Source of the DNA: Eledone cirrhosa
Lineage: Eukaryota
Assembly (NCBI GenBank): GCA_964016885.1
Contig: OZ024742.1
Span: 100,688,001 to 100,752,000, forward strand
DNA length: 64,000 bases
Direction of reading: 5' to 3'
Shown here: in pieces, positions 27,182-39,994 of the stretch
Position numbering within the stretch: position 1 is the stretch's first letter
How the letters are laid out: every line of letters starts with the position of its first letter
The notes under the pieces: generated by a model
Database searches by the model: none
Told to the model about the DNA's origin: nothing
Seen by the model: the letters and a program-made list of their open reading frames with translations, nothing else
Program-made: the position numbers and the translations under genes

Positions 27182-27949
27182 CAACAAGGAAAACCAACAC
27201 AATACAATATATATATATAACTACATATATATATTCTTCCTTGTATCTTTGTACTCCTCTACTCCAGTGTGGTTTACATGGTTTACAATAGTTTTCAACA
27301 AACAGTAACTAGTTATCTAATAGCTTGTACATGTAGCATCTACATGTAACTGCACACAAATAGTATTTTGATATCTTATGTAGGGGATTATATCAAAACA
27401 TACCATCACTCGACAACATGGAAGAGACATAAGACATTTAAGTACCATTTTGTTTAAGATACAGTTGCAAAATTAGGTAAAGCTGCTTTAAAATTAATCT
27501 CTTCATTTAGATAAACATTATATGCTTTGTTTTGCTAGATTATTTTTTGGTCTTTGTGTTGTTTTTTGTGTGTATGTGTGTTTTGCTTTCCTAATCTTTT
27601 TGTCTGAAAGAAAATTCGAGTTATTTTATGTATGGGGTGTTTATAGGAATTGAAAATCTCCTAAATGGATGAATGTTTGTTGTGAATATGTAATTATGCA
27701 AAGGCACCTAACTTAATGACTAGAGTTTTGGGCTCATAATTGTGAGGTTAGGAGGAGTTTGATTATCAATGGCATATTGAGCCCTTGAGCAAGACTCTTT
27801 ATTTGATGTTATTCCAGTCCACTCAGATGGAAATAATTAGTTGTACCTGTAATTGAAAAGGCTAGTCTTATCACACATTGCTTCATACTGGATCTCCACG
27901 AGGATTGCATAAAGAACCTACAGATGTCCAACAACAACAATGATGATAA

Positions 27950-28160
27950 TGGTTTATGATTTAAGCACAAGGCCAGCAATTTGTCGAAGGGGAAGGTTAA
28001 TTAAATTGACCCCAGTGCATGACAGGTACTTTATTTTATCAACCCTGTAAGGATGAAAGGCAAAGCTAACCTCAGAGGGATTTGAACTCAGAACATAAAG
28101 GGCCATAACTCTCTGTTGCAGAGCCAGATGTCCGACATCAACTGACTCTGCCAAGCCACA
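27950..28160 (-). mobile_element. Family-A SINE
   Basis: Reverse complement of the family-A core and tail. Confidence 0.75.
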
Positions 28161-28355
28161 ACCCTAATAACAATGATGATAATGATAATGATGATTTGGA
28201 ATTAATTTCATAGGAGAAAATATAAATTTAATCCAATATTTTGCTGGCAATTAAGATGGATCCTCCATCAGTTTCAATGATGAACATTTAGTTGTTCAAC
28301 CAACTAAATATTTGGGATTTATGTGTAATTAGTAGAGTATTCCACAGAATCTTAA

Positions 28356-28577
28356 CCTTTTGGCATTTAAACTGGCCATATCTGGCTAGAATTTTCTCAC
28401 CTCTTTCTGTTCAAACCGGCCATAACCGGCTGCTCATACTTATGTTAAGGAATTATTATCAAAATAAATAACATCAAAATCTCGTAGATTTGATATTATG
28501 TGAGATAATTATGCCAAGATAATGCCTTTACCACAAAAATACAATAGTATATATTGAGTAATGTTAATGCTAAAGAG
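28356..28577. mobile_element. piggyBac-type MITE
   Basis: TTAA-CCTTTTGGCATTTA...TAATGCTAAAGAG-TTAA; body homologous to the 4206 and 25730 copies. Confidence 0.85.
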
Positions 28578-30002
28578 TTAACATAACTCCCAAGCTGAAT
28601 CAGTGTAACATAATATAGGACAAAGCTGGACATTTGAATTACAGGCAAAATCTATCTGATGGGCTTCCACTTAGTTTCTGTCAACCTGATTTAACTCACT
28701 AGACTTAGGTTAACTCGAGGCTGTGGTAAAGACACTTGACCAAGATTACAGACAGTAGGATTGAACCTGGAGCCTCATGATTGTGAACTGAACTTCTTAA
28801 CCATCCAGCTATGCCTGGGACCACTTCTGATAATCATAATAATAAATAATATATTGATCAACAAGATCCCAGACCTCATTCACTTACTGAATAGGATAGA
28901 ACTCAATCAGATCAATGTTTCTATTGGTTTTTCCATTGCTGATACTGGCTAAAGGAGCAATGTGAAATAAAGTGTATAGCCAGGGCAGGGAATCGAACTC
29001 AGAACCTCATGATTGCAAATTCAATTCCCTAACCATAAAGGTACATGCCTTAACTAATTATATTCTCAAATATAAGAGGAGAAAACAAACCCCCTTTAAT
29101 CTGAGTTCAAAACTATGTGACACCAAACATTGATTACAGCAAAGCATCAGGTTTGACACTATCAATTTCATCACCACCCACACCATCTCTCATGTTATAT
29201 GAAGCTTTCCTTTGAACCAACTCCAGTTTATTACACAGACCTGCCTAGAAAGCAGCTGCTCCAGGTGTTTGAATTCTCCCTTCCAGCATCACTCTATTGT
29301 CATTGTCTCCATCATAAACCATCGAAAAGTAATGTATGCAATAATCTGTCCACGAGTAAAGATACTATAAACATTTGAATTAACAAACGAAGGGTTTTAT
29401 TTTTTATTGTTTACTAAATCATTACAGGATGTTAGAAATTAAGTGAACAGAGGAATTTCCTGTATATTTTCACGAAAGATGCCAGTCTATGATGGCATCT
29501 ATGTCATTCTAAATACTGTGGAATCTTAGACTATTTAAAGAAAATCGGTAAATCTTACTTGTTTAATCCTTCAGAACAGTCTCTTGCATTTAGTTTCAAA
29601 AACATTCAGGTTTCAGAATGGCTTTTGTTTTTTGTTATATTTTCTTTTCTGGTTTGTCAAGAATCCTCTAAATTTATGATGGGTGTATATATAGTGTGTC
29701 AGTGAGTGTATATATATATATATATATATAAAAGGTAAACAGAAATAACAAAATAAACAGCACAGTATATGGAAGGAATATATTATATATGTGTGTGTGT
29801 ATATAAATATACACACACATATATAATGATGAAAAATGTGTGTGTGGCATATATATGTGTGTGTTTATGTATGCATGTATATGGTGTGTTAGGACGTGTG
29901 ATGGTTAATCTACATGTGCATGGTACTATGCAGAGTGTGTGTTTCTCTAGAGTATACCACAATGGTGGTAACATCAACCATTACCAATATATATATATAT
30001 AA

Positions 30003-30042
<40 letters not shown>

Positions 30043-30113
30043 GTACATATATATATATGTGTGCAGCTGTCGAAACGGCCGGAGCTCAGCCGTCGGGGTC
30101 CTGACTCTTTTCC

Positions 30114-30190
<77 letters not shown>

Positions 30191-30802
30191 ATACTTGGGC
30201 AGGGTCATATTTGTGTAATAATATTGCCAGAATTAATAACAGAACCCACTCACTGTTTGGTTGGTTTTCGCTTCTGTGTCTTTTATATTGGTTAATGTAA
30301 TTTATTCGGTCCTCAATATTGCCATTGACTGACCAACGGTCAAAAATACAGATACAATATAGACACAAACACATATATATAGTCTATCAAAGTTCTTTTG
30401 TTGCACATCTGCAACATCGTCAGTGGTGCTATTATGTTTCCTCCCGTTGCATTGTATACCTACGCCATCTTTATTTAGTCTGTTTATTTATTTATTTATT
30501 TGTTTATTTTTTTTGTCTTCTCTGCGCATGCGTTTGCGTGTGTGTATAGTGATTTGTTTAATGTGTGTTCATGTTTGGGTGACTGTGTATTGGATATTGT
30601 ATTATATCTTAGTTTACTAGTGTGTGTTTATATGTGTTTGTTGTTATTGTGCTTGTGTATGTATGTATTTATTTATTTATTTATTTATTTATACTTCTCT
30701 TAGGTCAGTGTTGTTTGTTTTCGGTGTTGTTGTTATTCCATTCATTTTTTCTGGGGTGTATTTTTGTTAGAGGTGCCTACTGACTGTATGTTTCGCTTTG
30801 TA

Positions 30803-32962
30803 CTTAGGCAAGGCGGGTCTTCTGTATTACTGTGTACCGCCAAAGATCTCGGTCCAGTGACATTGTCTTGGAGAGGTGTAAGTGTGTGAGGTCGGAATTT
30901 ATCAAGTCGTCCCAGGTTTTTCTGGGTCTGCCTACTCCGTGGCTACCATCTATTTTTATCGCCCTGCACTTTTTTATACAGCTGTCGTCTTTCATGCGCA
31001 TCACGTGACCGTACCAACATAGTCTTCTCTCGAGTAAACAGCATCTGATCCCTCTTATTCCTAATTTCTCCCTTAGTTCGTTTATGCTTTGCTGTTCACG
31101 TATATTACTATTACACATTCAGCGGAGCATGCAAGCTTTGTTCCTCTCCAGTCTGCGTATATCCTCTGCACACAATGCCCAGGTTTCACTGCCAAGCAAC
31201 ATTGCTGTTCGTATGCAGGCATCATACAGCCTACATTTCATTTTTAGAGAGAACCCTTTAGCGGCCAATAGTGGTATAAGCTCTCTGAACTTTTTCCATC
31301 CCGTTCTGACTCTAGTTACTGTACTTTCAGAGCACTCTCCACTACTGCTGATTTTGTCACCCAGGTAACGGAAGGTGTCCACTATTTCTATAGAACCAAC
31401 TGTGCAATGGAATGAGCTAGTATTCTGTGGGCACTTGCTGCTACTTATTGCACCAGAGCACTGGCCACATATAAAATCTATATTCTTAGTTAGCTTACCT
31501 GTGATCCTACTACATCTTTTATGCACCCATACTTTGCATTTAGGACATAAAATGGAGTTTCTGCCTACTCCTTTCCTACACACTGAGCATGGCCATTTCC
31601 CAGATGGGACTGGTGCCCTATTTTCCTTCCTACAAACTAGAACTTTAGTCTTAGACAGGTTAATTTTAAGGCCTTTTGATTCTAGGCCATGCTTCCATAT
31701 TTGGAATTTCTTCTCTAGTTCGACCATTGATTCAGCTATGAGTGTTAGATCATCTGCATATAGGAGTTCCCATGGGGAGCCGGTCTTGAACTCCTCTGTT
31801 ATAGCCTGAAGGGCAATAATAAATAGGAGGGGGATAAGGACGGAGCCTTGATGAACACCAATTTTTACGCTAAACTCTTCACTATATTCGTTGTTAATTC
31901 TAACCTTGCTGACTGTTTCTTTATACATGGCTTGTATAGCTCTCACAAGCCATTCATCAACACCTAGTTTTCTAAGAGCCCACCAGATAATGGAGAGGGG
32001 GACTCTGTCAAAGGCTTTCTCCAAGTCAACAAAAGCTAAGTATAGGGGTTTACTTTTAGCTAGGTACTTCTCCTGGAGTTGTCATACAATGAAAAGAGCG
32101 TGTGTGGTACTTTTACCTGATACAAACCCGAACTGCATTTCATCTAGGTCAATTCGCTCTCTGATTAGTTGCGCTATTACTTTTTCTGTGACCTTCATGA
32201 CCTGGTCGATTAATTTAATACCTCTATAGTTACCCCTATCTAGGGCATCTCCTTTACCCTTGTAGCAGTTAATGATGATTCTGTTCCGCCAGTTTCTTCG
32301 GAACGACCCCATTCTGTATGACTTGGTTTACTATCCGGGTGACCATAGTGTGTCCCACCATTCCAGATGCTTTCAGAATTTCAACAACTATTTCCGAAGG
32401 CCCAGCCGCCTTACCCGTCTTCATATCTTTGATTGCCTTACTTATTATACTACCTTCAACTAGCACTGCTGGTCCCTCTATTGGATCGATGTGGGGGAGA
32501 CTGTCTTTCTCCCATTTATTCTCCTCATTTAGTAGCCTTTCGTAGTGACACTTCCAAGCTACCGTCTTATCAGCGTCAGTGATGGCAAGTACACCATCAT
32601 CATTAAGGACACACTTCTCCCCGACAATATCACGGTTTTCCTTGACACATTGCCTAGCAATCCTGAACACCTCACGTTTTTGGTCCTCGCGTTGTAGAAC
32701 ATGCTTGAACTTTCTTTCCTCTGCTTCCCTTCTTACGAAGTACACTTGTCTCCTAGCTTCCCTCCTGGCCACTTCCTAGCTTCCCTCCTGGCTACTTCCC
32801 CCATCCCGCCATACTTTCCAAGCCTGCTTTTTGGCCTTAATTGACTCCTCCACCTTACTGTTCCACCACCACGTTACTCTCCTCCTGCCTATAGGCCTGC
32901 TCCAGCCACAGACATCATCTGCCGCCTTCAGCAGGTTAGCTTTCAGGAATTCCCACTGTTCC
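30803..32962 (-). mobile_element. 5'-truncated RTE LINE with a PHD-like finger in the RT C-terminal region
   Basis: GNYRGIKL, QFGF, EKAFDRV, GVHQGS, LLYADDL, then WPCSVCRKGVGRNSILCPKCKVWVHKRCS..FICGQC (C4HC3), FRYLG, LLGSETW, CWYGHVMR, GRPRKTW; stops and frameshifts. Confidence 0.93.
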
Positions 32963-32976
32963 TCTATATATATATA

Positions 32977-33172
32977 TCATCATCATCATCATCATCATCA
33001 TCAACGTTTAACGTCCGTGTTCCACGCTTGCATGGCCGTGCTTCCATGTTTGGAATTTCTTCTCTAGCTCGGCCATTGATTCCGCTATGAGTGTCAGGTC
33101 GTCTGCGTATAGGAGTTCCCATGGGCATCCGGTCTTGAACTCCTCTGTTATAGCCTGAAGGGCAATAATAAA
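32977..33172 (-). mobile_element. RTE derivative: YADD segment fused directly to the 3' tail
   Basis: FIIALQAITEEFKTGCPWELLYADDLTLIAESMAELEKKFQTWKH joined to CCATGCAAGCGTGGAACACGGACGTTAAACGTTGATGAT. Confidence 0.85.
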
Positions 33173-33227
33173 TATATATATATATATATATAAATAATAA
33201 TATATATATATATATATATAAATATAT

Positions 33228-33766
33228 ATATTAAAAGAAGTTAATATGGGTACTAAGTACCCCTGGAAATATATAGGTTGTCTATGATACAAGAGTTGTT
33301 CTATGGTATTAATTTGACATGCCAGAACTATAATATTGAGATAAGCAGAACAAGCAAAATTCAAACAATTTTTTAAAATAAATTAAAAAATATAATTTAA
33401 ATAATTACCTATTCCAATTGCTTTTACCGATCGGTTTCACTTCACAAAAGGTTGGAGATCCATATGGACTTCCAATGGAAAAGTTTAGATCATCAGAAAG
33501 CATTTTCCTTTCCTAGGACTAAAAGTCCCAGGAACGGCAAAATATATTGCCATCTGCCAGCTAGCACAGGATCGAATGGGGCCGAAAATTTGACCTGTAC
33601 ATGAACTAGTCCGTAGTATAAGTGGAAGTAAACATAGACGTATTGTCTACCTCACCACTAAAAATAGCAGCTAAATAGAACAACAGATTTGTTCTCTACA
33701 TAACGGAGAATATTAAAAGAAGTTAATATGCCCACAGGTACTAAGTACTCCTGGAAATATATAGGT

Positions 33767-33768
<2 letters not shown>
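33228..33768 (-). mobile_element. Terminally redundant non-coding element with a hammerhead ribozyme (Penelope pLTR or retrozyme-like)
   Basis: About 55-bp direct repeats at 33228-33280 and 33710-33768, an internal canonical hammerhead, and (TA)n on both sides. Confidence 0.7.
33419..33502 (-). ncRNA. Type-I hammerhead ribozyme, canonical core
   Basis: Minus strand TGCTTT-CTGATGA-[about 50-nt stem II region]-GAAAC-CGATCG-GTA-AAAGCA; 6-bp stem I, palindromic stem III ACCGATCGGT; base of stem II imperfect. Confidence 0.78.
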
Positions 33769-33818
<50 letters not shown>

Positions 33819-33819
33819 A

Positions 33820-34842
33820 TCATCATCATCATCATCATCATCGTTTAACGTCCATGTTCCACGCTTGCATGGGTTTGGACGGGAGTTTTCCCACTTGAGG
33901 CAAGAGTGGTTGTCATTGCTCGCATAGGACTGTCTGGCGGGTTTTCTGCAGCTGGATGCCCTTCCTAACACCAACCACATTTACAGTGTGGGGCTGGGAG
34001 GTTTTTACCGTGTTGCCTACACGGCCACATTACAGCGAGGACTGTGTGTTTTTTTGTCGTGACACCTACACGATCTCATTTGTTTCGGCCTGGATGTTGT
34101 GGCACCAACATAACTTTACATTGAAAGGGGGGGGGGGGGGTATTTTGTTAGAGATGCCTACTGACTGTAGTAGGTTTTACTTTGTATTTAGGTAAGGCGG
34201 GTCTTCTCTATTACTGAGTACCGCCATAGGTCTCGGTCCAGTGACATTGTCTTGGAGAGGTGTAAGTGTGTGAGGTCGGAATTTATCAGCTCGTCCCAGG
34301 TTTTTCTGGGTCTGCTTACTCCGTGGCTACCGTCTATCTTTATTGCCCTGCACTTTGTTATACAGCTATCGTCTTTCATGCGCATCACGTGACCATACCA
34401 ACGTAGCCTTCTCTCGAGTAAACAACATCTGATCCCTCTTATTTCTAATTTTTTCCTTAGTTCGTTTATGCTTTGCCGTTCATGTATATTACTATTACAA
34501 ACTAGAACTTTAGTCTTAGCAAGGTTAATTTTAAGGCCTTTTGATTCTAGGTCTTGCTTCCATGTTTGGAATTTCTTCTCTAGTTCGGCCATTGATTCAG
34601 CTATGAGTGTTAGGTCATCTGCGTATAGGAGTTCCCATGGGCAGCCGGTCTTGAACTCTTCTGTTATAGCCTGAAGGGCAATAATAAATAGTAGGGGGCT
34701 AAGAACAGAGCCCTGATGGACACCAACTTTTACGCTAAACTCTTCACTATATTCGTTGTTAATTCTAACCTTGCTGACTGTTTCTTTATACATGGCTTGT
34801 ATAGCTCTCACAAGCCATTCATCAACACCTAGTTTTCTAAGA

Positions 34843-34843
<1 letters not shown>
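33820..34843 (-). mobile_element. RTE LINE copy with a 519-bp in-frame internal deletion and complete long 3' UTR
   Basis: ORF 34188-34843 matches the 30803-31975 copy but joins KTKVLVC to NSNIHERQ; the 3' UTR contains 48-bp-like units, GGAAGGGCATCCAGC and (GAT)n. Confidence 0.92.
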
Positions 34844-34886
<43 letters not shown>

Positions 34887-36899
34887 ATATATATATACAC
34901 ATATATACACACACACTTAACATTATACAATTGAGTATATATATATATATATATGTGTGTGTGTGCCTGTGTGTGTGTATATCTATATATATGAATGTAG
35001 TGTGTATGTGATCTGTGTATGTGAGACAATGTGTAGATAGTATTGTCCTTATTGTTGTTGTTGTTGTTGGCAGCATCATCATCGTCAGTCTGTCTTATTA
35101 CATTACTCTATTGGCTAAGGAATAAGTCTACCTTGATAATTAGATAAATTTATACACCTGGTCCCACACATATACTTGTACTGTACCCCTTTACCAACTT
35201 GACATAGGCACACACACATATATATATACATATATATATATATATAATGATGACGTTGATTCAGTAATAAACAAGCAAAAACACAGTCTTATTATTTTCA
35301 CACTTGAATATGAAGATACACATACATAGATATGCACACATATACACACACGCACACACACATATACATGCATATATATACATCTCAGGTTTCTATAATC
35401 CTAGGATTAAGTAGACCAACCTTACAAAGAACTCAATATAAGTAATGTAGAGTATTAAATTTATTTATTTATTTTTAGATGTTTTAAAAAAATACTTTTC
35501 TTCAACACTTGACCCAAACGTCTCATTCCATTTCTCATTACAACATCCACTACTGGTTGTATTCTCATTACCTTGTCAGTTTTATCTTTCATCAACACAT
35601 GGCCTAACCATTGCATTCCATTTCCCTTCATAACATTCATCACTGGCTCTATTCATATTACCCAGTTATTTTCATCTTTAACCCATACAAGCATGGAAAA
35701 ATGGATATAAAATGGTGATGATGATATGATCTAACCTTCTCATTCCATTTCTCTTCAAAACATTCAGCATTGGCTCTCTTCCCATCATCACCAAGTCATC
35801 ATCATCCTTCCTTAACAAATGACCCATTTTTGCCTCACAACATCCACTGCCGGCTCTATTCGCATCATGCTTTACCCTCTCCGTATATTGGATTTAAATT
35901 CTATTGCTATTGATCCCAAGAATTTTATCTGACAAAGTAAATGGATAAGGGAGGCAAACATGGGTAGAAAGAAAAAATGAAAAGAGATACAAGGGAACGC
36001 TGGTGTTTCATTGTAAACATTTTTAAGGGGGCCCAAAACACTCACAGCATTACTGCATGTGTGTGATGGTGAGACTGAGGAGTTATAACAACCAAGCACC
36101 CTCACTAGTATCGTCCAATACTTCAGTAAGATGAGCTGTCCATAATGACAAAAGCTTCATTGTCAGAAGCCCAGTAACAATCCACCCATCCTATCTGTTA
36201 TAAATGTCTTGAATGTTACAGACTGAAAAGTATAATTTATTTTCTTGTGATGGATAAATTACAACTCAGTAGTGAATATATGTTTATAGAAATATTTATT
36301 TTAATAAGGTGTTTTTGTGGGAATATATACAAAGCTGACATTAATCACACACACACACATATATCTTTGATGAGTAAACATATATATAGCAATGGATAAA
36401 CACATTTAAAGTGGTAAGTAAACATATATATGTGTGTGAATGTGTGAGTTTATTGACACAATACTAATTGCATTTATATATAAATATATGTAGGCAGAGT
36501 GTGTGTGTGTATGGTTATGATGATAAAGGCATCCTCTCCCCCTCATGTCTAACCATTGTTTGACTACACTGATCTATCTACCTAGCCCCTTATTTAATAC
36601 ATTCCTCAGGGCATTATCAAATTATAAGGGCTTCACTAACCCTATTCTTTACAGCTCCCTCTTCTATTCTAAACAACAAACATTAGTATTTAGACTTCAG
36701 GGGCTTCCCCTCTTTTCATTATTTCCCCTCTTTTGAAGAATCACTTGTGACGTCCCTGGACTCTGTGTGTGTGTGTGTGTGTATGTGTGTGTGTGTGTCC
36801 TCCTATGCACCCCCTCTACCTTTCCATGTGGAATGAATTAACAAATGTCCACATCAGCTACAAAATTCAATGGATGTAGCTCCCCCACTCCACCCCATT

Positions 36900-37440
36900 C
36901 AACAGCTGCCCACCGACACCACCATCACTATCCCCCACACCACCACCAACCTCCTCCCCCACACCACCATCACCCTCTTCCACCAGCACCAGCACCAACA
37001 CCACAACTACAACCTTCACCACCACCACTATAATCATCATCACTACTATAAACATCATCACTACCACTACCACCAGCAACACTATAATCATAATGATCAC
37101 CACCACCACATTACAACACAGCCCCCCCCCCCCTCTCTCTCTCTCCACAACCACTGCTTGTGATAACATTACTCACCACCACTATTGGCTCAGAACTGCC
37201 ACTGCTGCCATCACCCCTACCACCATCACCACTATAACTACCCACCTCACTAGCCACTGCCAACATCACTACCACCAACAACAACACCACTGCTACTATA
37301 ATCATCACTACCTCAACTGTAACCACAACCACCTACTACAACAACACTATAATTATCATTAGCCCCACTATAACCACCACTAACAACAACAACAACAACA
37401 ACACTACTACTACCATCACCACCAGGTGTTATTACCACCA
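36900..37440. repeat. (CAC/CAT/CAA)n low-complexity tract
   Basis: Directly visible; gives poly-His and poly-Thr ORFs. Confidence 0.9.
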
Positions 37441-37764
37441 TTACCTTTATCCATGGCTTGGAGGTCAAGATGCTGGAAGTTATTATTGTTATTGTTGTTA
37501 TTATTCATGTTGTTTAACAACGATGTTCAAAGACATTCTCCAGATGGAGATTCTGTCCTTTTAGAGCTATATAGATCTAACTAGATTATCCAGTGTGTCT
37601 TTTCCTTGTTACCCAATGTGTCTTTTCCTTGTTACCCAATGTGTTTTTCCTTATTTTTAAGATGGTTTACATTTGATTGCTATTTCAAACAGATTATATC
37701 ATCCCAACCACTCCCATACGTATTCCATGAGGACAAGCTGAAGCATACATCCAGTGAAGCCTCC

Positions 37765-38180
37765 AGCCCACACTTTAAAGTGGTCGTGTAGGTGTCATGA
37801 CAAAAAGCACCCAGCCCACACTGTAAAGTGGTTATGATGGTGACACATCAAAAAGCACCCAGCCCACACTGTAATGTGGTCGTGAAGGTGTCATGACAAA
37901 AAGCACCCAGTACTCACAATAAAGTGATCATGAAAGTGTCATGACAAAAAGCACTCAGCCTACACTGTAAAGTGGTCATGTAGGTGTCACCACAAAAAGC
38001 ACCCAGTACTGATTGTAAATGAGGTTGGCTTAGGAAGGGCATCCAGCTGTAGAAACCAAGTCAGAATTAGTCTGTATGAGAAAAACATGGTCACCTGACC
38101 TGGCATTGCTCACAACAGGCAACTCATCTAACCCATGCTAGCGTGGAAAAATGGACGTTAAACGGAGATGATGATGATGA
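37765..38180 (+). mobile_element. RTE-tailed element with five 48-bp internal repeats
   Basis: AAAAAGCAC at about 37802, 37850, 37898, 37946 and 37995; then GGAAGGGCATCCAGC and GGACGTTAAACGGAGATGATGAT. Confidence 0.85.
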
Positions 38181-38907
38181 TAAATGCTGCCATGGTACTG
38201 ATGGTATTATGTGAAAAATGTTCCGTTTGAAATATTTCAAGCTAAATATATAGTAAATTATTCCCTTCTATTTTTTTTCTCTTTAAATATGTATGGTAGA
38301 ATGTTATCCATCAGTAAGAAAATTTTTTCTGTAAACAGAATAAATAAATAAATAAAAATTATCAATTGAAATATTCTCCAATATGAATAAGAATTATATT
38401 AGTTTGGAATGTAACTGGAAAGTTATTTCTATGCATTGATGATTCCTTCTGAGTGAAAAGGGAAGGCAATAAACAATGGAGACAAAGTGTGTAAGATAGT
38501 AGGCCTGAACATCCTAGAAAGGCTCTGAAACAGAGTTAACTACCTAGGGAGATGACTGTATAGGAATGATGGGTTCATAATCTTCCATTACATGAACAAG
38601 AGATACACACTATAGAAATATTTATATAATTCAATTTTTAAATTATCATCAGAAATAACTTAAACATCTGAAGAACTTTCAACAAAAAGCTGAATACCCT
38701 ATATATAGTTAGGGGCTTGCATATATACATACACACATTTATATATATATATATATCATCATCATTATCATCACTGTTTAACGTCCATTTTTCCATGCTA
38801 GCATGGGTTAAATGGGCTGTGACATTTAAAGCAAGTTGGATCTGGTGACCATGTCTTGCTCACACAGAACTCTTTCTGGCCTGGTTTCTACGGCTGGATG
38901 CCTTTCC

Positions 38908-38989
<82 letters not shown>

Positions 38990-39040
38990 ATTAAGTCAAA
39001 TATGTAAAATTTGGCTTTGTTTATTATAAATTATAGATAT

Positions 39041-39095
39041 ACTGCTATATATATTTCGGTGACAGCCATCATTGGCTGTGACCTCTTCAGGCAGT
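39041..39095 (-). ncRNA. Minimal type-I hammerhead ribozyme, canonical core
   Basis: Minus strand ACTGC-CTGAAGA-GGTCACAGCCA-ATGA-TGGCTGTCACC-GAAAT-ATAT-ATA-GCAGT; 5-bp stem I, 10/11-bp stem II, palindromic ATAT loop III; AATAAA about 18 nt downstream. Confidence 0.85.
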
Positions 39096-39994
39096 CCGAA
39101 TTGGTGTGGGAAAGACAGGTACACATGTTGTTGAAGTGTGTTTTACTCCGTCAATACATCGATATGTCCAGCTCCTGGTTGTGTTGTTATTCCTCTGAGG
39201 AACTGGAAATATATATATATAATTATCATGAAATATAGAGATATGGTACCAGTATATTTCCAAAACGACCATATTATTTTACAAAAATTGTTTTCTGTAA
39301 TAGAATTTGTTTCTTATAAACAGTGATGGGTTCAGCCCCTCAATGAAATTGGTCCAATATCTGGAAGTGTCAATATTCTATTGGATAACAGTTATAGTCA
39401 TCAATCAATGATAAACTTATATAGCAAAATGATAAAAAGGAAAAAAGAATACGGGGGTAGAAAAAAGAAAAATAGTTGGCAGAGGAGAAATGGGGAAGGA
39501 GCAAACTCTACACTATGCCTGCCTGGGCAGTATATTTCAGATGTACCTTGCAGATAAGATGTCACACAAGTGAACAACAGACTATATTTCCCAAACTTTT
39601 CATTATCAAGAAGGCCTTTTATTTAAATGAATTCACACTCCCACTACAATTATTCTATGGCAAGAATAACAATCGAAAGAGAAATATTTATACTTAGAGA
39701 AAAATGGACATGCCAAAGTGTGTACATATTGTGTTTTTAACAAATTACTTGAAACTTTCAACATAGTTCACAGACCCCTTACAACTACCTTTCCAGATAC
39801 CAGGCTGAGAACCTCTGGACTATACCCTTCATAACCACTAATAGATTAAGAGACTTGCATGATGATTAACAACTAGGAACAAATAAGAGAAATAAAAAAT
39901 ATTTACACATAGAATACACATCCAACACTTCCTATGAGGAAAAACAGGCGTTAAATGAATATTATTTTTTTGTTATTACTATTATCATTATTAT

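Noticed and set aside
34495-34500. Spliced-out intron explaining the 519-bp RTE deletion
   Set aside because: No AG acceptor at the downstream junction; a 4-bp microhomology explains it better.
36040-36200. Possible minus-strand host exon (ACAG acceptor to GTGAGT donor)
   Set aside because: Stops occur in the frames examined and there is no recognisable protein similarity; it cannot be supported without RNA data.
37765-38030. CRISPR-like regularly spaced repeats (also 12790-12990 and 15750-16187)
   Set aside because: Units are contiguous tandem copies without unique spacers; there are no cas genes and the context is a eukaryotic retroelement or transposon.
39190-39240. Second hammerhead CTGAGGA..GAAATATATATA
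   Set aside because: There is no stem II or stem I pairing.
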